DNA from: Gaiellaceae bacterium
GTDB lineage: Bacteria > Actinomycetota > Thermoleophilia > Gaiellales > Gaiellaceae
DNA: 27,482 bases
Assembly: GCA_035947475.1 (NCBI GenBank)
Contig: DASZKB010000061.1
Span: 1 to 27,482, forward strand
Reading direction: 5' to 3'
The notes below the pieces were generated by a model that ran no database searches, was not told the DNA's origin, and saw only the letters and a program-made list of their open reading frames with translations. Shown here one piece after another: positions 1-8,618 of this stretch. Position 1 is the first letter of the stretch, and every line of letters starts with the position of its first letter. A program made the position numbers and the translations under genes.

Positions 1-1293
1 CTCAGGCTGCTCCCCTTCGAAGGCCTAGGGCTTGCCGTAGTTCCGCTCGTCCAGCACCTGTTCGGCGTTCTCATGGCGGTCGTCCTTTACACGCTCCTTC
101 TCCGCCTCGGGGTCCGAACATGGCTCGCCGCGCTCGCGACCGCGCCCGTGCTCCTGGACTCGTTCCAGCTCAACCTCGAGCAGTACGTCCTCTCGGACAC
201 GTTCTTCCAGCTCCTCCTCGTCACCGGGTGCGCGCTCCTCCTGTGGCGCCGACCGCTCGGCCTCGCCCCGGCTGCGCTCGCGGGGCTCGTGTTCGCCGCG
301 GCCGCCCTCACCCGCACGGTCGGCCTCGCGGCGATCGTCCCGGTCGTGCTCACGGTGTTGTTCCTGCGCGCGGGGCCGTCCCGGGCGCTCGCCCTTCTCG
401 CGTCGTTCGCCCTTCCGCTCGTCGCCTACGCGGCGTGGTTCCACTCGTTCTTCGGCGTCTACGCCCTGAACGGGTACAGCGGACACGTGCTGTACGGGCG
501 CGTGGCGCCGTTCGCCGACTGCACTCAGTTCTCGGTCCCTGCGCGGGAACGCGTGCTTTGCCCAACGCAGCCCGTGGGCGAGCGGCCGTCGGAGAACGAG
601 TTCGTCTGGCGAAAACGGATCTCTCCGATCTACCGCCTGCGGCCGCCGGCCGAGATGACTCGTGACCGGCCCGTGTGGCTCGCGAGGTCGCAGATCGCGG
701 GCGACTTCGCGAGGCGGGTGATCGCGAACCAGCCGCTCGCGTACTCCCGCGCGGTCGGGTCCGATTTCCTCCACGGCTTCGCGCCCGCGCGGACCTCCGA
801 GCCCGGCGACGCGCCCGCCAGCAACTGGGAGTTCCACCTGACGTACCCGGTGTTCGAACCGAAGCTCAACGAAGCGTTCGACGCGCGGGTCGACCGGGAG
901 CTCGCCTCGTTCCTCCGCGCGTACCAGCGCTACGCGTACGCGCCCGGGCCGCTCCTCGGCGCTGCGCTGGTCGTCGGCCTCCTCGCCGCGGTCGGGCTCG
1001 GCCGCGCCAGGTACTCAGGCCTCCGGTCGGCGGCGTTCCTCTTCTCCTCGCTCGCGCTCATCCTCACGCTCGCGCCGGCAGCCGCGCTCGCTTTCTCCTG
1101 GCGCTATCAGCTGCCACAGCTCGTCCTCCTGCCGCCCGCCCTCGCACTCGGTCTCACGGCGCTGACGACGAGGACCGAGGATGACCGGGGGCGCGTTACG
1201 GCGTCGACGCGGCGTCGCGATCCAAGAGCGGCGCCGACCATGTCGGGGTCCGACCTGGCTGGCCGCGCCACGACGCGATCCGGGCGCCGCTAG
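1..1293 (+). CDS. Multi-pass membrane protein, GT-C-like (lipid-carrier-dependent glycosyltransferase family); 5' truncated by the window
   Basis: Frame is open from base 1 (LRLLPFEGLGLAVVPLVQHLFGVL-MAVV...), so the ATG at 73 is internal. Many hydrophobic helices, an acidic luminal-loop motif LLDSFQLNLEQYVLSDTFF, and a large extracellular loop before the last helices. Confidence 0.55.
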   Translation, partial: LRLLPFEGLGLAVVPLVQHLFGVLMAVVLYTLLLRLGVRTWLAALATAPVLLDSFQLNLEQYVLSDTFFQLLLVTGCALLLWRRPLGLAPAALAGLVFAAAALTRTVGLAAIVPVVLTVLFLRAGPSRALALLASFALPLVAYAAWFHSFFGVYALNGYSGHVLYGRVAPFADCTQFSVPARERVLCPTQPVGERPSENEFVWRKRISPIYRLRPPAEMTRDRPVWLARSQIAGDFARRVIANQPLAYSRAVGSDFLHGFAPARTSEPGDAPASNWEFHLTYPVFEPKLNEAFDARVDRELASFLRAYQRYAYAPGPLLGAALVVGLLAAVGLGRARYSGLRSAAFLFSSLALILTLAPAAALAFSWRYQLPQLVLLPPALALGLTALTTRTEDDRGRVTASTRRRDPRAAPTMSGSDLAGRATTRSGRR

Positions 1294-1328
1294 GACGTCG
1301 GTTTGCGCGGTCGCTATCCGGCCACCTT

Positions 1329-1337
1329 TGTTACCCT
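1329..1337 (+). promoter_or_regulatory. Candidate extended -10 promoter (TGnTACCCT) upstream of sqdB
   Basis: TG-T-TACCCT in a short intergenic gap. TANNNT hexamers are rare in this GC-rich DNA. GGAGG RBS at 1387-1391. Confidence 0.4.
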
Positions 1338-1397
1338 GCCGCGTCTGGGCAGGGGGAAATCGCGCGTGCGCGCGCGTCGTTACTTCGGAGGTTGGGT

Positions 1398-2681
1398 TTG
1401 CGAGTCTTGATTTTGGGCGGAGACGGGTTTTGTGGATGGCCAACGTCCCTTCACCTGTCCGCGCGCGACCACGAAGTCACGATCGTCGACAACTTCGCCC
1501 GCCGAAACGCCGACGTCGAGCTCGAGGCGTCGTCGCTCACGCCGATCGCCCCGCTCGGCACGAGGCTCGCTGCCTGGCGGGAGCTGACCGGGCGCGAGAT
1601 CGGATTCCACCGGCTGAACGTGGCCGAGGACTTCGACCGCCTCGTCACTCTCCTCGCCGATCTGCAGCCCGAGGCAATCGTTCACTTCGCCGAGCAACGG
1701 GCGGCGCCGTACTCCATGAAGAGCGCGTGGCACAAGCGTTACACCGTGGACAACAACGTGAACGCCACGCACAACCTCCTCGCGGCGATCGTCGAGTCAG
1801 GCGTCGATGCGCACGTCGTCCACCTCGGGACCATGGGCGTGTACGGGTACGGCGCGGCTCCCGGCGTGAGGATTCCCGAGGGCTATCTGCGCGTGAAGAT
1901 CGAGGCCGAGGACGGAACCGAGGTCGAGCAGGAGATCCTGTACCCGGCGAACGCCGGGAGCGTCTACCACATGACGAAGACGCTCGACCAGCTTCTCTTC
2001 GCCTTCTACAACAGAAACGACGGCGTCCGGGTCACGGATCTCCATCAGGGGGTCGTGTGGGGCACGCAGACGGCCGAGACCCGCCAGGACGACCGGCTCA
2101 TCAACCGGTTCGACTACGACGGCGACTACGGAACGGTGCTCAACCGCTTCCTGATGCAGGCGGCGATCGGCTACCCGCTCACCGTCCACGGAACGGGCGG
2201 GCAGACGCGCGCGTTCATCCACATCCAGGACACGGTGCGCTGCATCGAGCTCGCCGTCGAGCACCCGCCTGAGCCCGACCAGCGGGTGCGGATCTTCAAC
2301 CAGATGACCGAGGCGCACCGCCTGCTCGACCTTGCCGAGCTCGTAGCGCGGCTGACCGGCGCGAAGATCGACTTCGTCGAGAACCCGCGGAACGAGGCCA
2401 GCGAGAACGAGCTGCTCGTGGACAACGGCCAGCTGCTCGCGCTCGGGCTCGACCCGATCACGCTCGAGGAGGGCCTTCTGCGCGAGGTGACCGAGATCGC
2501 GGAGAGGTACGCGCACCGTTGCGACACCGACAAGATCCCGTGCCGGTCGTTCTGGAGGCGACGCGTGGACGGGCGTGCGGCTGCCTCGGCGCCGACGGCC
2601 GCGCCCGCGCAGAGCGCGAACGGAGACGCCGGTGAGGCGTCGCCGGCGATCGCCGCCGAGTTCTCGTCGGTCGCACGCTAG
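1398..2681 (+). CDS. sqdB: UDP-sulfoquinovose synthase (SqdB/SQD1/Agl3 family)
   Basis: Diagnostic motifs GGDGFCGWPTSLHLS, HFAEQRAAPYSM, HLGTMGVYGY, YHMTKTLDQ, TDLHQGVVWG, NRFDYDGDYGTVLNRF and YPLTVHGTGGQTRAFIHI. TTG start at 1398 lies 6 nt after GGAGG. Confidence 0.93.
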   Translation: MRVLILGGDGFCGWPTSLHLSARDHEVTIVDNFARRNADVELEASSLTPIAPLGTRLAAWRELTGREIGFHRLNVAEDFDRLVTLLADLQPEAIVHFAEQRAAPYSMKSAWHKRYTVDNNVNATHNLLAAIVESGVDAHVVHLGTMGVYGYGAAPGVRIPEGYLRVKIEAEDGTEVEQEILYPANAGSVYHMTKTLDQLLFAFYNRNDGVRVTDLHQGVVWGTQTAETRQDDRLINRFDYDGDYGTVLNRFLMQAAIGYPLTVHGTGGQTRAFIHIQDTVRCIELAVEHPPEPDQRVRIFNQMTEAHRLLDLAELVARLTGAKIDFVENPRNEASENELLVDNGQLLALGLDPITLEEGLLREVTEIAERYAHRCDTDKIPCRSFWRRRVDGRAAASAPTAAPAQSANGDAGEASPAIAAEFSSVAR

Positions 2682-2704
2682 CGGGCGCGCTTCAGCGGAC
2701 CGAG

Positions 2705-3670
2705 ATTCCCGACCACGTCCTCGTCACCGGCGGCTGCGGCTTCGTGGGCGCCAATCTGATCCCGAAGCTCCTCGCGCGCGGCCTCACCGTTCGCGTGCTC
2801 GACAACCTCTCGCGCGGGAGTCGCGAGAACCTGGAGGGGCTCGAGGTCGAGATCGTCGAGGCGGACGTCCGCGACTCCGAAGCGGTCGCTCGCGCGCTCG
2901 CCGGGGTCGGCACCGTCGTCCATCTGGCCGCGTACGGGTCGGTCGCGGAATCCGTCGACGAACCGCTCGAGAACTTCGACGTGAACGTTCGGGGGACGGT
3001 CGTCCTGCTCGCCGCGTGCGCCCGCGCCGAAGTGGCGAGCTTCGTGTTCGCCTCGACGGGGGGCGCGCTCGTCGGAAACGCGACGCCGCCCATCGACGAG
3101 ACCACCCTGCCCTGGCCGATCTCGCCGTACGGCGCGAGCAAGCTATGCGGAGAGGCCTACTGCCACGCGTTCGCGGGCTCGCTGGGCCTTCGGACCGTCG
3201 CCTTGCGCTTCGCGAACGTGTACGGCCCGTTCTCGCAGCACAAGCGGGGCGCGGTCACGAACTTCGTGAGGAGCGCGCTTCGCGGCGAGCCGCTCGTCAT
3301 CTACGGCGACGGGCAGGCGTCTCGCGACTTCCTCTACGTCGACGACCTCTGCGACGGGATCTGCGCAGCGCTCGACGCGCCGGTCGACGACGAGGTCGTT
3401 CACCTCGCGTCCGGGAGCGAGACGACGATTGCCCAATTGGCGCGCCTGATCCTCGAGCTGACCGGAGCGGCCGAGACGCCGATCCGCTACGAGCCACGTC
3501 GGCGCGGCGAGGTCGAACGCAACTTCGCGAAGACCGACCGTGCCGCCGCCCTCCTCGGCTTCCGCCCCGTGCATTCGCTGAGAGACGGGCTTCGAAAGAC
3601 GATCGACTGGTACGTCGAGCGCGACCGCCCTCAGCGGGCGGGGACGTCGGCGACGCACAGCACCGACTGA
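2705..3670 (+). CDS. NAD-dependent NDP-sugar epimerase/dehydratase (extended SDR, UDP-glucose 4-epimerase-like); start codon uncertain
   Basis: HVLVTGGCGFVGANL Rossmann motif, ASTGGA, YGASK catalytic YxxxK, FANVYGP, GDGQASRDFLYVDD. The Rossmann motif begins upstream of the first canonical start (2744). ATT at 2705 is the best in-frame candidate start. Confidence 0.82.
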   Translation: MPDHVLVTGGCGFVGANLIPKLLARGLTVRVLDNLSRGSRENLEGLEVEIVEADVRDSEAVARALAGVGTVVHLAAYGSVAESVDEPLENFDVNVRGTVVLLAACARAEVASFVFASTGGALVGNATPPIDETTLPWPISPYGASKLCGEAYCHAFAGSLGLRTVALRFANVYGPFSQHKRGAVTNFVRSALRGEPLVIYGDGQASRDFLYVDDLCDGICAALDAPVDDEVVHLASGSETTIAQLARLILELTGAAETPIRYEPRRRGEVERNFAKTDRAAALLGFRPVHSLRDGLRKTIDWYVERDRPQRAGTSATHSTD

Positions 3671-4347
3671 CCGAAGGGCGGGCGTACGGCCCTCTCGATC
3701 GTCCGGCCGGTCGGAATCACGACGTTGTCGTAGAGCCACACGAGGCGCGGGTCGGGCCGGCCGGCGCCGCCTCTCCGCACGGCGAGCCACCAGGCGAGCC
3801 CGCCCAGGAAGTTGACCGGGCGGACGTCGAGGACTCGGAGCCCTGCTCGCTCGACGGCGGCTCGCATCGTCCGGGGCGTATACCGGCGGACGTGCCCGAC
3901 CTTGCGGTCGAAGTCCCCGTACAGGCGCATGTAGGCCGGAACCCACAGGATCAGCCGCCCGCCGGGCGTCAGGACGGCGGCGAGGTCCCGAAGCGCCTGC
4001 ACGTCGTCCTCGATGTGCTCCACCACGTTCATGGCGACGACGGACTCGACGGGGTCGCCGATCTCGACCCGGCCGGGGAGGCGCACCTCGACGACCTCGA
4101 CGTCGGGGCGGTCGGCGTACCGCTCGCGCAGCCGCCCCAGGCACTCCTCGTCGGCGTCGCTCAGGACGAGGCGATCGCGCCCGCTCGCGGCGAGCTTCTC
4201 GGAGAAGTACCCCATCCCCGAGCCGACCTCGAGCACGGAGCGGCCGAGGTACGGCGCCACGAGGTCGTACTCCCACTGGCGGTACCGCGGCGCCGCCGTC
4301 GCACCGAAGGCGTACTCACATGCGGGCGCGGCCCCCGGACCCGTCAA
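3631..4347 (-). CDS. Class I SAM-dependent methyltransferase
   Basis: VLEVGSGMG motif I, NVVEHIEDD, LTPGGRLILWVPA, GHVRRY. TTG start at 4347 overlaps the ABC ATPase stop (TTGA) and follows GGAGGA. The ORF-track start at 4428 lies inside the ATPase gene. Confidence 0.82.
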   Translation of the reverse strand: MTGPGAAPACEYAFGATAAPRYRQWEYDLVAPYLGRSVLEVGSGMGYFSEKLAASGRDRLVLSDADEECLGRLRERYADRPDVEVVEVRLPGRVEIGDPVESVVAMNVVEHIEDDVQALRDLAAVLTPGGRLILWVPAYMRLYGDFDRKVGHVRRYTPRTMRAAVERAGLRVLDVRPVNFLGGLAWWLAVRRGGAGRPDPRLVWLYDNVVIPTGRTIERAVRPPFGQSVLCVADVPAR

Positions 4348-5147
4348 CCTTCCTCCAGCGCGACCTCGCTCTCGCCGACGTCGAGGAAGCGCGTGTAGGC
4401 GTTGACGACGGTCGCGGAGTCGTCCCACATCGAGACCTGCCCCTTGTGCATCCAGACCGCCTCGGTACAGAGCTCGCGGACGCTCCGGAGGGCGTGGCTC
4501 ACGATGACGATCGTCCGAGACTCGCTGCAGAGCTCGCGCATCTTGTCGAACGACTTCCGCTTGAAGCGCGCGTCGCCGACCGAGAGGGCCTCGTCGATGA
4601 GGAGGATGTCCGGTTCCATGTGCACGGCCACCGAGAAGGCAAGCCGGCCGTACATCCCCGACGAGTACGTCCGCATCGGGAGCTCCATGAAGTCGCCCAG
4701 CTCGGCGAAGGCCGCGATCTCGTCGTAGCGGGCCTCGATCTGGTCGCGCGTGAACCCGGCCGCGAGGCCGCCGAGCACCACGTTCTCGCGACCGGTCAGC
4801 CTCCCGTTGAACCCGACGCCGAGCGCGAGCAGCGTGCTCACGCGGCCGTTCACCTCGACGCGTCCGTGGGTCGGCGGCAGGATCCCGGCGATCGTCCGCA
4901 TGAGCGTCGACTTGCCGGCGCCGTTCATGCCCACGACGCCGAGCACCGTGCCGTGCGGGACCGCGAACGAGACGTCCCGGAGGGCCTCCACCTCGCGGAC
5001 GACCCGGCGCCGGCGCTTGAGCTGCGCGAGCCGTCGCTTCAGCGTCGGTCTCCGCTCGTACGTCGTTCGGTAGGTGACCGAGACGTGCTCGACGCTGATC
5101 GCGCGCGCGTCCGCGGCGAGCTCGCTCGCGTGACGTTCGAGCGCCAT
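4344..5147 (-). CDS. Polysaccharide/teichoic acid ABC exporter ATP-binding subunit (Wzt/TagH-like), with no C-terminal carbohydrate-binding domain
   Basis: Walker A GMNGAGKST, GVGFNGRLTGRENV, signature YSSGMYGRLAF, Walker B ILLIDEALSVGD, H-loop IVSH. Probable start is ATG 5147, 10 nt after the permease stop. Confidence 0.92.
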   Translation of the reverse strand: MALERHASELAADARAISVEHVSVTYRTTYERRPTLKRRLAQLKRRRRVVREVEALRDVSFAVPHGTVLGVVGMNGAGKSTLMRTIAGILPPTHGRVEVNGRVSTLLALGVGFNGRLTGRENVVLGGLAAGFTRDQIEARYDEIAAFAELGDFMELPMRTYSSGMYGRLAFSVAVHMEPDILLIDEALSVGDARFKRKSFDKMRELCSESRTIVIVSHALRSVRELCTEAVWMHKGQVSMWDDSATVVNAYTRFLDVGESEVALEEG

Positions 5148-5157
5148 CGCGCCGCTG

Positions 5158-6036
5158 TCAGAGGCGAACGGCAAACTCTCGCTCCCTCGAGACGAAGAAG
5201 AGCGACCCGACGACGAACGCTGCGGCCGCCCACGCCAGGCCGCCGGCGAGGAAGGCGGGGCTCGGGGCCGCGCCCTGGTTCAGGACGTCGCTCCACGAGG
5301 CGAGCATCGGATAGAGCGGGTTCGCGGCCATGACCGCCGAGAAGCTCTCGGGGACGTCCTGGGCGTAGTAGAGGATCGGAGACGCATACAGCCACAGGCG
5401 GGTCGAGAACGGAAGGAACGACCGGAGGTCGCGGAAGTAGACCTGCGTGGCGGCGAGAAGCATCGTGATCCCGGAGGCGAACACCACGAGGAGCGCCACG
5501 ATCGGGATCGCCCAGAGCAGATGGAGGCCGACGGGAAGCCCCACGATCGCGTGGGCGACGGCGTACACGGCCAGCATCGGGACGAAGCGCATGAACGCCG
5601 TCATCACGGAGGCGAGCGGCAAGAGCGTGCGGGGGAACGCGATGTTGAGGATGAGCCTTCCGCCGCCGACGACCGAGCGCGCGCCGTGCGTGACCGACCC
5701 GGCGACGAACCGGAAAGCGAAGAGCGCCGCCATCAGGTGGAGGAGGAACGTCGGGCCCCGCGTGTCGCCGCGGATGATGCCCACGAGCACGAAATAGGCG
5801 AACACGAGAAGAAGCGGGTTGATGACGAGCCAGAGCTGCCCGAAGAGCGTGTTGTAGTGCTGCTTGCGGAGGTTCGTCCGAGCCAGCTCGACCGCGAACT
5901 CGCGCCGCTGCCAGACGGTCTGTAGATACGGCCAAAGCGGCGGGAGGCCGATGCGGTGCGGCTCGTAGACGTGCCGTTCGGAGAACTCGTCGTCGACGGG
6001 GCGGCGCTCGCTCCGCGTGTCGGTGACAGCGCTCAT
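5158..6036 (-). CDS. ABC-2 polysaccharide/teichoic acid exporter permease (Wzm/TagG-like)
   Basis: LRKQHYNTLFGQLWLVINPLL, FPRTLLPL, VYFRDLRSFLP, LYASPILY, ANPLYPML. About six TM segments, adjacent to the ATPase. Confidence 0.92.
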   Translation of the reverse strand: MSAVTDTRSERRPVDDEFSERHVYEPHRIGLPPLWPYLQTVWQRREFAVELARTNLRKQHYNTLFGQLWLVINPLLLVFAYFVLVGIIRGDTRGPTFLLHLMAALFAFRFVAGSVTHGARSVVGGGRLILNIAFPRTLLPLASVMTAFMRFVPMLAVYAVAHAIVGLPVGLHLLWAIPIVALLVVFASGITMLLAATQVYFRDLRSFLPFSTRLWLYASPILYYAQDVPESFSAVMAANPLYPMLASWSDVLNQGAAPSPAFLAGGLAWAAAAFVVGSLFFVSREREFAVRL

Positions 6037-6078
6037 CGCCCGACCCCGCTTTCCAGGTAGTTCCGGCGCAAGAGGATC

Positions 6079-6084
6079 AGGTTA
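6079..6084 (-). promoter_or_regulatory. Candidate -10 hexamer (TAACCT) for the wzm-wzt-methyltransferase unit
   Basis: TANNNT in the 56-bp gap between the CDP-alcohol phosphotransferase stop and the permease ATG. Confidence 0.35.
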
Positions 6085-6092
6085 ACGAGAGC

Positions 6093-6872
6093 TCAGCTGA
6101 GCCGGGACGAGCGCAGGACGACGACGAGGTGACCGGCGACGGCGACGACCCCGAAGGCGACGAGCCCGAGGAGAAGGACGCGGGTCGCCGTGAGGCCGCC
6201 GACCGCGGCATCGGCGACGGCCGCCGCCAGCGCGAGGATCGTCGCCTCGACCGCCTGGAAGGGCCGGAAGAAGGGTAGGAGCCTCGCGCCCTCGCGCAGC
6301 CGCAGGCCCCGGCCCGTGCGCGCGAGCGCGTCGCCTCCCTCGGGCGCGGGCGGTTCTCCGGCGCGCCCGCTCGCGACCTCCGCGAGATGGGTCTCGGCCT
6401 TGAGGAAGAGGATGAGGACAGCGACGACAAGCCCGAGCGTCGTCCAGCCGCCGAGCGAGCCCCAACCCCCGTCGGCCCGGATGCCGAGCCCGATCGCGAG
6501 CGCCGCCTCGGTGGAGTAGTGAGCGATCTGGTCGAGGTACGTTCCGCGGGAGGAGAACGCGCGCCGCCAGCGCGCCACCTCGCCGTCGCAGCAGTCGAGC
6601 AGGAGCTGGAGCTGCGCGAGCGCGACCGCGCCCGCCGCGCCGGGGAGGCCGGGGAGCGTGAGCGCGAGGGCGCCGAGGAGGCCGGCCGGGATCATGAGCG
6701 CGGTCACGACGTTCGGCGTGACGGGCGTCGCGACGAGGAGCCGGGTCAGGTACGGCGAGAGCCGGCGCATGTAAAGGCGCCCGGCCCAGTGCTCGGCGCC
6801 CGGGCGGCCGAGAAGCGAGTCGGGCTGCGTGACCGCCCGGAGCTCAGCGATCGAACGCGGCGACGAACTCAT
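6093..6872 (-). CDS. CDP-alcohol phosphotransferase family protein with a variant motif (fourth Asp replaced by His)
   Basis: VTPNVVT plus LDCCDGEVARWRRAFSSRGTYLDQIAH, matching DxxDGxxAR-x8-GxxxDxxx(D>H). Multiple TM helices. Confidence 0.82.
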   Translation of the reverse strand: MSSSPRSIAELRAVTQPDSLLGRPGAEHWAGRLYMRRLSPYLTRLLVATPVTPNVVTALMIPAGLLGALALTLPGLPGAAGAVALAQLQLLLDCCDGEVARWRRAFSSRGTYLDQIAHYSTEAALAIGLGIRADGGWGSLGGWTTLGLVVAVLILFLKAETHLAEVASGRAGEPPAPEGGDALARTGRGLRLREGARLLPFFRPFQAVEATILALAAAVADAAVGGLTATRVLLLGLVAFGVVAVAGHLVVVLRSSRLS

Positions 6873-7899
6873 GCACGCGCCTTCCGATCTCCTGCTCGTC
6901 CATCGCGAGGTGCTCGAGGATGGTGTAGCGCTCGGGGCGGGTAGACGGCGCGTGAGCGACCGCTGCGGCGAACTCGTCGTCCGTCAGGCCGAGCTCGCGG
7001 GGCAGCCTCGGGACGCCGTGCCGGCGCAGAGACGCGTCCAGCGTGGGGAAGAGCTCGTCGCCGCGGAGGAACGACGCGAAGAGGGCGCCGGTCGCGACCT
7101 GCTCCCCGTGGGTGGCCTTCGCGGGATAGAGCGCGTCGATGGCGTGCGAGATCTCGTGGCACGCGCCGCTGCACGGGCGGCTCGAGCCGGCCACAGCCAT
7201 CGCGAGACCGCTGAGCACGAGCGCCTCGGCGAGCGCGGTCAGGAACGCGTCCGAGCTCAGGTCGTCCGTCCGGTGGAGCAGCGACTCGGCGCCGGCGCGG
7301 GCGAACGCGGCCGCCAGCCCGTCCACGGTCTCGCCGCGCTCGCGGCTCGCGAGCTCCCAGTCGGCGAGCGCGCTCAGGTTGCTGAGCGCGTCGCCGACGC
7401 CGGACCGCAGCTGCTCAGGAGGACAGCGGCGCACGTAGTCGAGGTCGACCACGACGGCGATCGGGATGTGGACGCCGTACGAGCCCTTGCGCCCGTCGTA
7501 CTCGAGAGAGGCGACCGGCGAGGCGATGCCGTCGTGGGCGAGGTTCGTGGCGACCGCGACCATGGGAAGCCCGGTGAGGCTGGCGGCGTACTTCGCGACG
7601 TCGAGCGTCCGCCCGCCCCCGATCCCGACGACGGCGTCGTACGACTCGTTGCGGAGCGCCTCCGCGAGCTCGAGGGCGGCCTGGAGCGTCCCGCCGTCGA
7701 CGGGGTAGATCCCCGCGTTCTCGAGCGCGGGACGGACCACCCCGACGATCTGCTCGCCCTGGCCCGGGCCGACCACCACGGCGACGTCGCCGTGCGAGGA
7801 GATCCGGCGGTCGCTCAAGAGCGTCGCGAGCGTCGCGACGGCGCCGCTGCCGACTTCGACCGTCAGCGGGCAGGCGACCATTCGGGCTAGTAGCGGCAT
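6844..7899 (-). CDS. sn-glycerol-1-phosphate dehydrogenase-like protein (EgsA/AraM family, DHQ-synthase/Fe-ADH fold)
   Basis: GIGGGRTLDVAKY, TNLAHDGIASP, GVGDALSN, SSRPCSGACHEISHAID and HGEQV (metal-ligand His residues) match EgsA-type motifs. Start ATG 7899 (MPLLARM) overlaps the upstream stop. The 8664 ORF-track start is spurious. Confidence 0.78.
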   Translation of the reverse strand: MPLLARMVACPLTVEVGSGAVATLATLLSDRRISSHGDVAVVVGPGQGEQIVGVVRPALENAGIYPVDGGTLQAALELAEALRNESYDAVVGIGGGRTLDVAKYAASLTGLPMVAVATNLAHDGIASPVASLEYDGRKGSYGVHIPIAVVVDLDYVRRCPPEQLRSGVGDALSNLSALADWELASRERGETVDGLAAAFARAGAESLLHRTDDLSSDAFLTALAEALVLSGLAMAVAGSSRPCSGACHEISHAIDALYPAKATHGEQVATGALFASFLRGDELFPTLDASLRRHGVPRLPRELGLTDDEFAAAVAHAPSTRPERYTILEHLAMDEQEIGRRVHEFVAAFDR

Positions 7900-8618
7900 T
7901 CGATCGCGCGCGCACGCGCGAGGTCGGCGTGGTCGTCGACCTCCACCCAGTCGACCGTCCCGATCGGGGCGGCGTGCACCTCGCCCCCGCGGTCGACGAG
8001 CTCCTGGAAGCCGTCCTCGTAGTAGAGGGAGGGGTCGCGCCGCCACGTCGCCTCGAGAGCCTCGGCGAGCGGGCCGGCCGCCGCGGGCTCGATGACGGCC
8101 AGGCCGATGTACTCGCCGTCGGCGCTCGCCGGGTCGACGTGCTTGCTGATCCGGCGCAGCGTCCCGTCGTCGGAGAGGACGACCTTCATCTCCTCCTCGC
8201 CGAGTGGCTTCTCGCTGTCGACGGCGAGCACGACCGCGGGCCCGCGCGCCTCGAGGAGCGACACCTCGACGCTCGCCGGATGGACGGTGTCGCCGTTCAC
8301 GAGCAGGGCTCCGTCCCGGAACGCCTCGCGCGCGAGCCAGAGCGAGTAGGCGTTGTTCCACTCCTCGGCGCGGTCGTTGAAGACGAGCTCGAGCCGGACG
8401 CCGTGGCGGCGCTCGAGCTCGTCCACGCGCTCGCGGACGTGTGCGGACCCGAACCCCGTCACGACGGCGACGTCGTCGATTCCAACGGAGCGAAGGTTCG
8501 CGAGCGCGCGATCGAGGATCGTCCGCCCGTCCGTCAGCGGCAGGAGGGTCTTCGGGAGCGTCGCGGTGAGGGGGTGGAGGCGCCGGCCGGGCCCGGCCGC
8601 CAAGACGAGCCCGATCAT
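7887..8618 (-). CDS. Sugar/polyol-phosphate cytidylyltransferase (LicC/IPCT-like NTP transferase)
   Basis: LVLAAGPGRRL..PKTLL, WNNAYSL, LLVNGD, EEEMKV, GEYIG, YYEDG, WVEVDDHADL. ATG 8618 forms an ATGA overlap with the upstream gene. Confidence 0.87.
   Translation of the reverse strand: MIGLVLAAGPGRRLHPLTATLPKTLLPLTDGRTILDRALANLRSVGIDDVAVVTGFGSAHVRERVDELERRHGVRLELVFNDRAEEWNNAYSLWLAREAFRDGALLVNGDTVHPASVEVSLLEARGPAVVLAVDSEKPLGEEEMKVVLSDDGTLRRISKHVDPASADGEYIGLAVIEPAAAGPLAEALEATWRRDPSLYYEDGFQELVDRGGEVHAAPIGTVDWVEVDDHADLARARAIECRY

Noticed and set aside
6091-6102. Perfect 12-bp palindrome GCTCAGCTGAGC just upstream of the wzm -10 box
   Set aside because: At about 70% GC a rough estimate gives on the order of 10-20 such palindromes by chance in 27 kb. 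It overlaps a stop codon, and I saw no second copy.
6844-7899. Archaeal-type ether lipid synthesis suggested by the G1P dehydrogenase
   Set aside because: No GGGP synthase, DGGGP synthase or CarS-like gene in the window. The neighbours are a soluble cytidylyltransferase and glycan export genes.
7887-8618. Phosphocholine (lic) decoration or di-myo-inositol-phosphate synthesis
   Set aside because: No choline kinase (LicA), LicB/LicD or inositol-1-phosphate synthase is visible. The coupled dehydrogenase points to glycerol phosphate instead. Not excluded without an assay.
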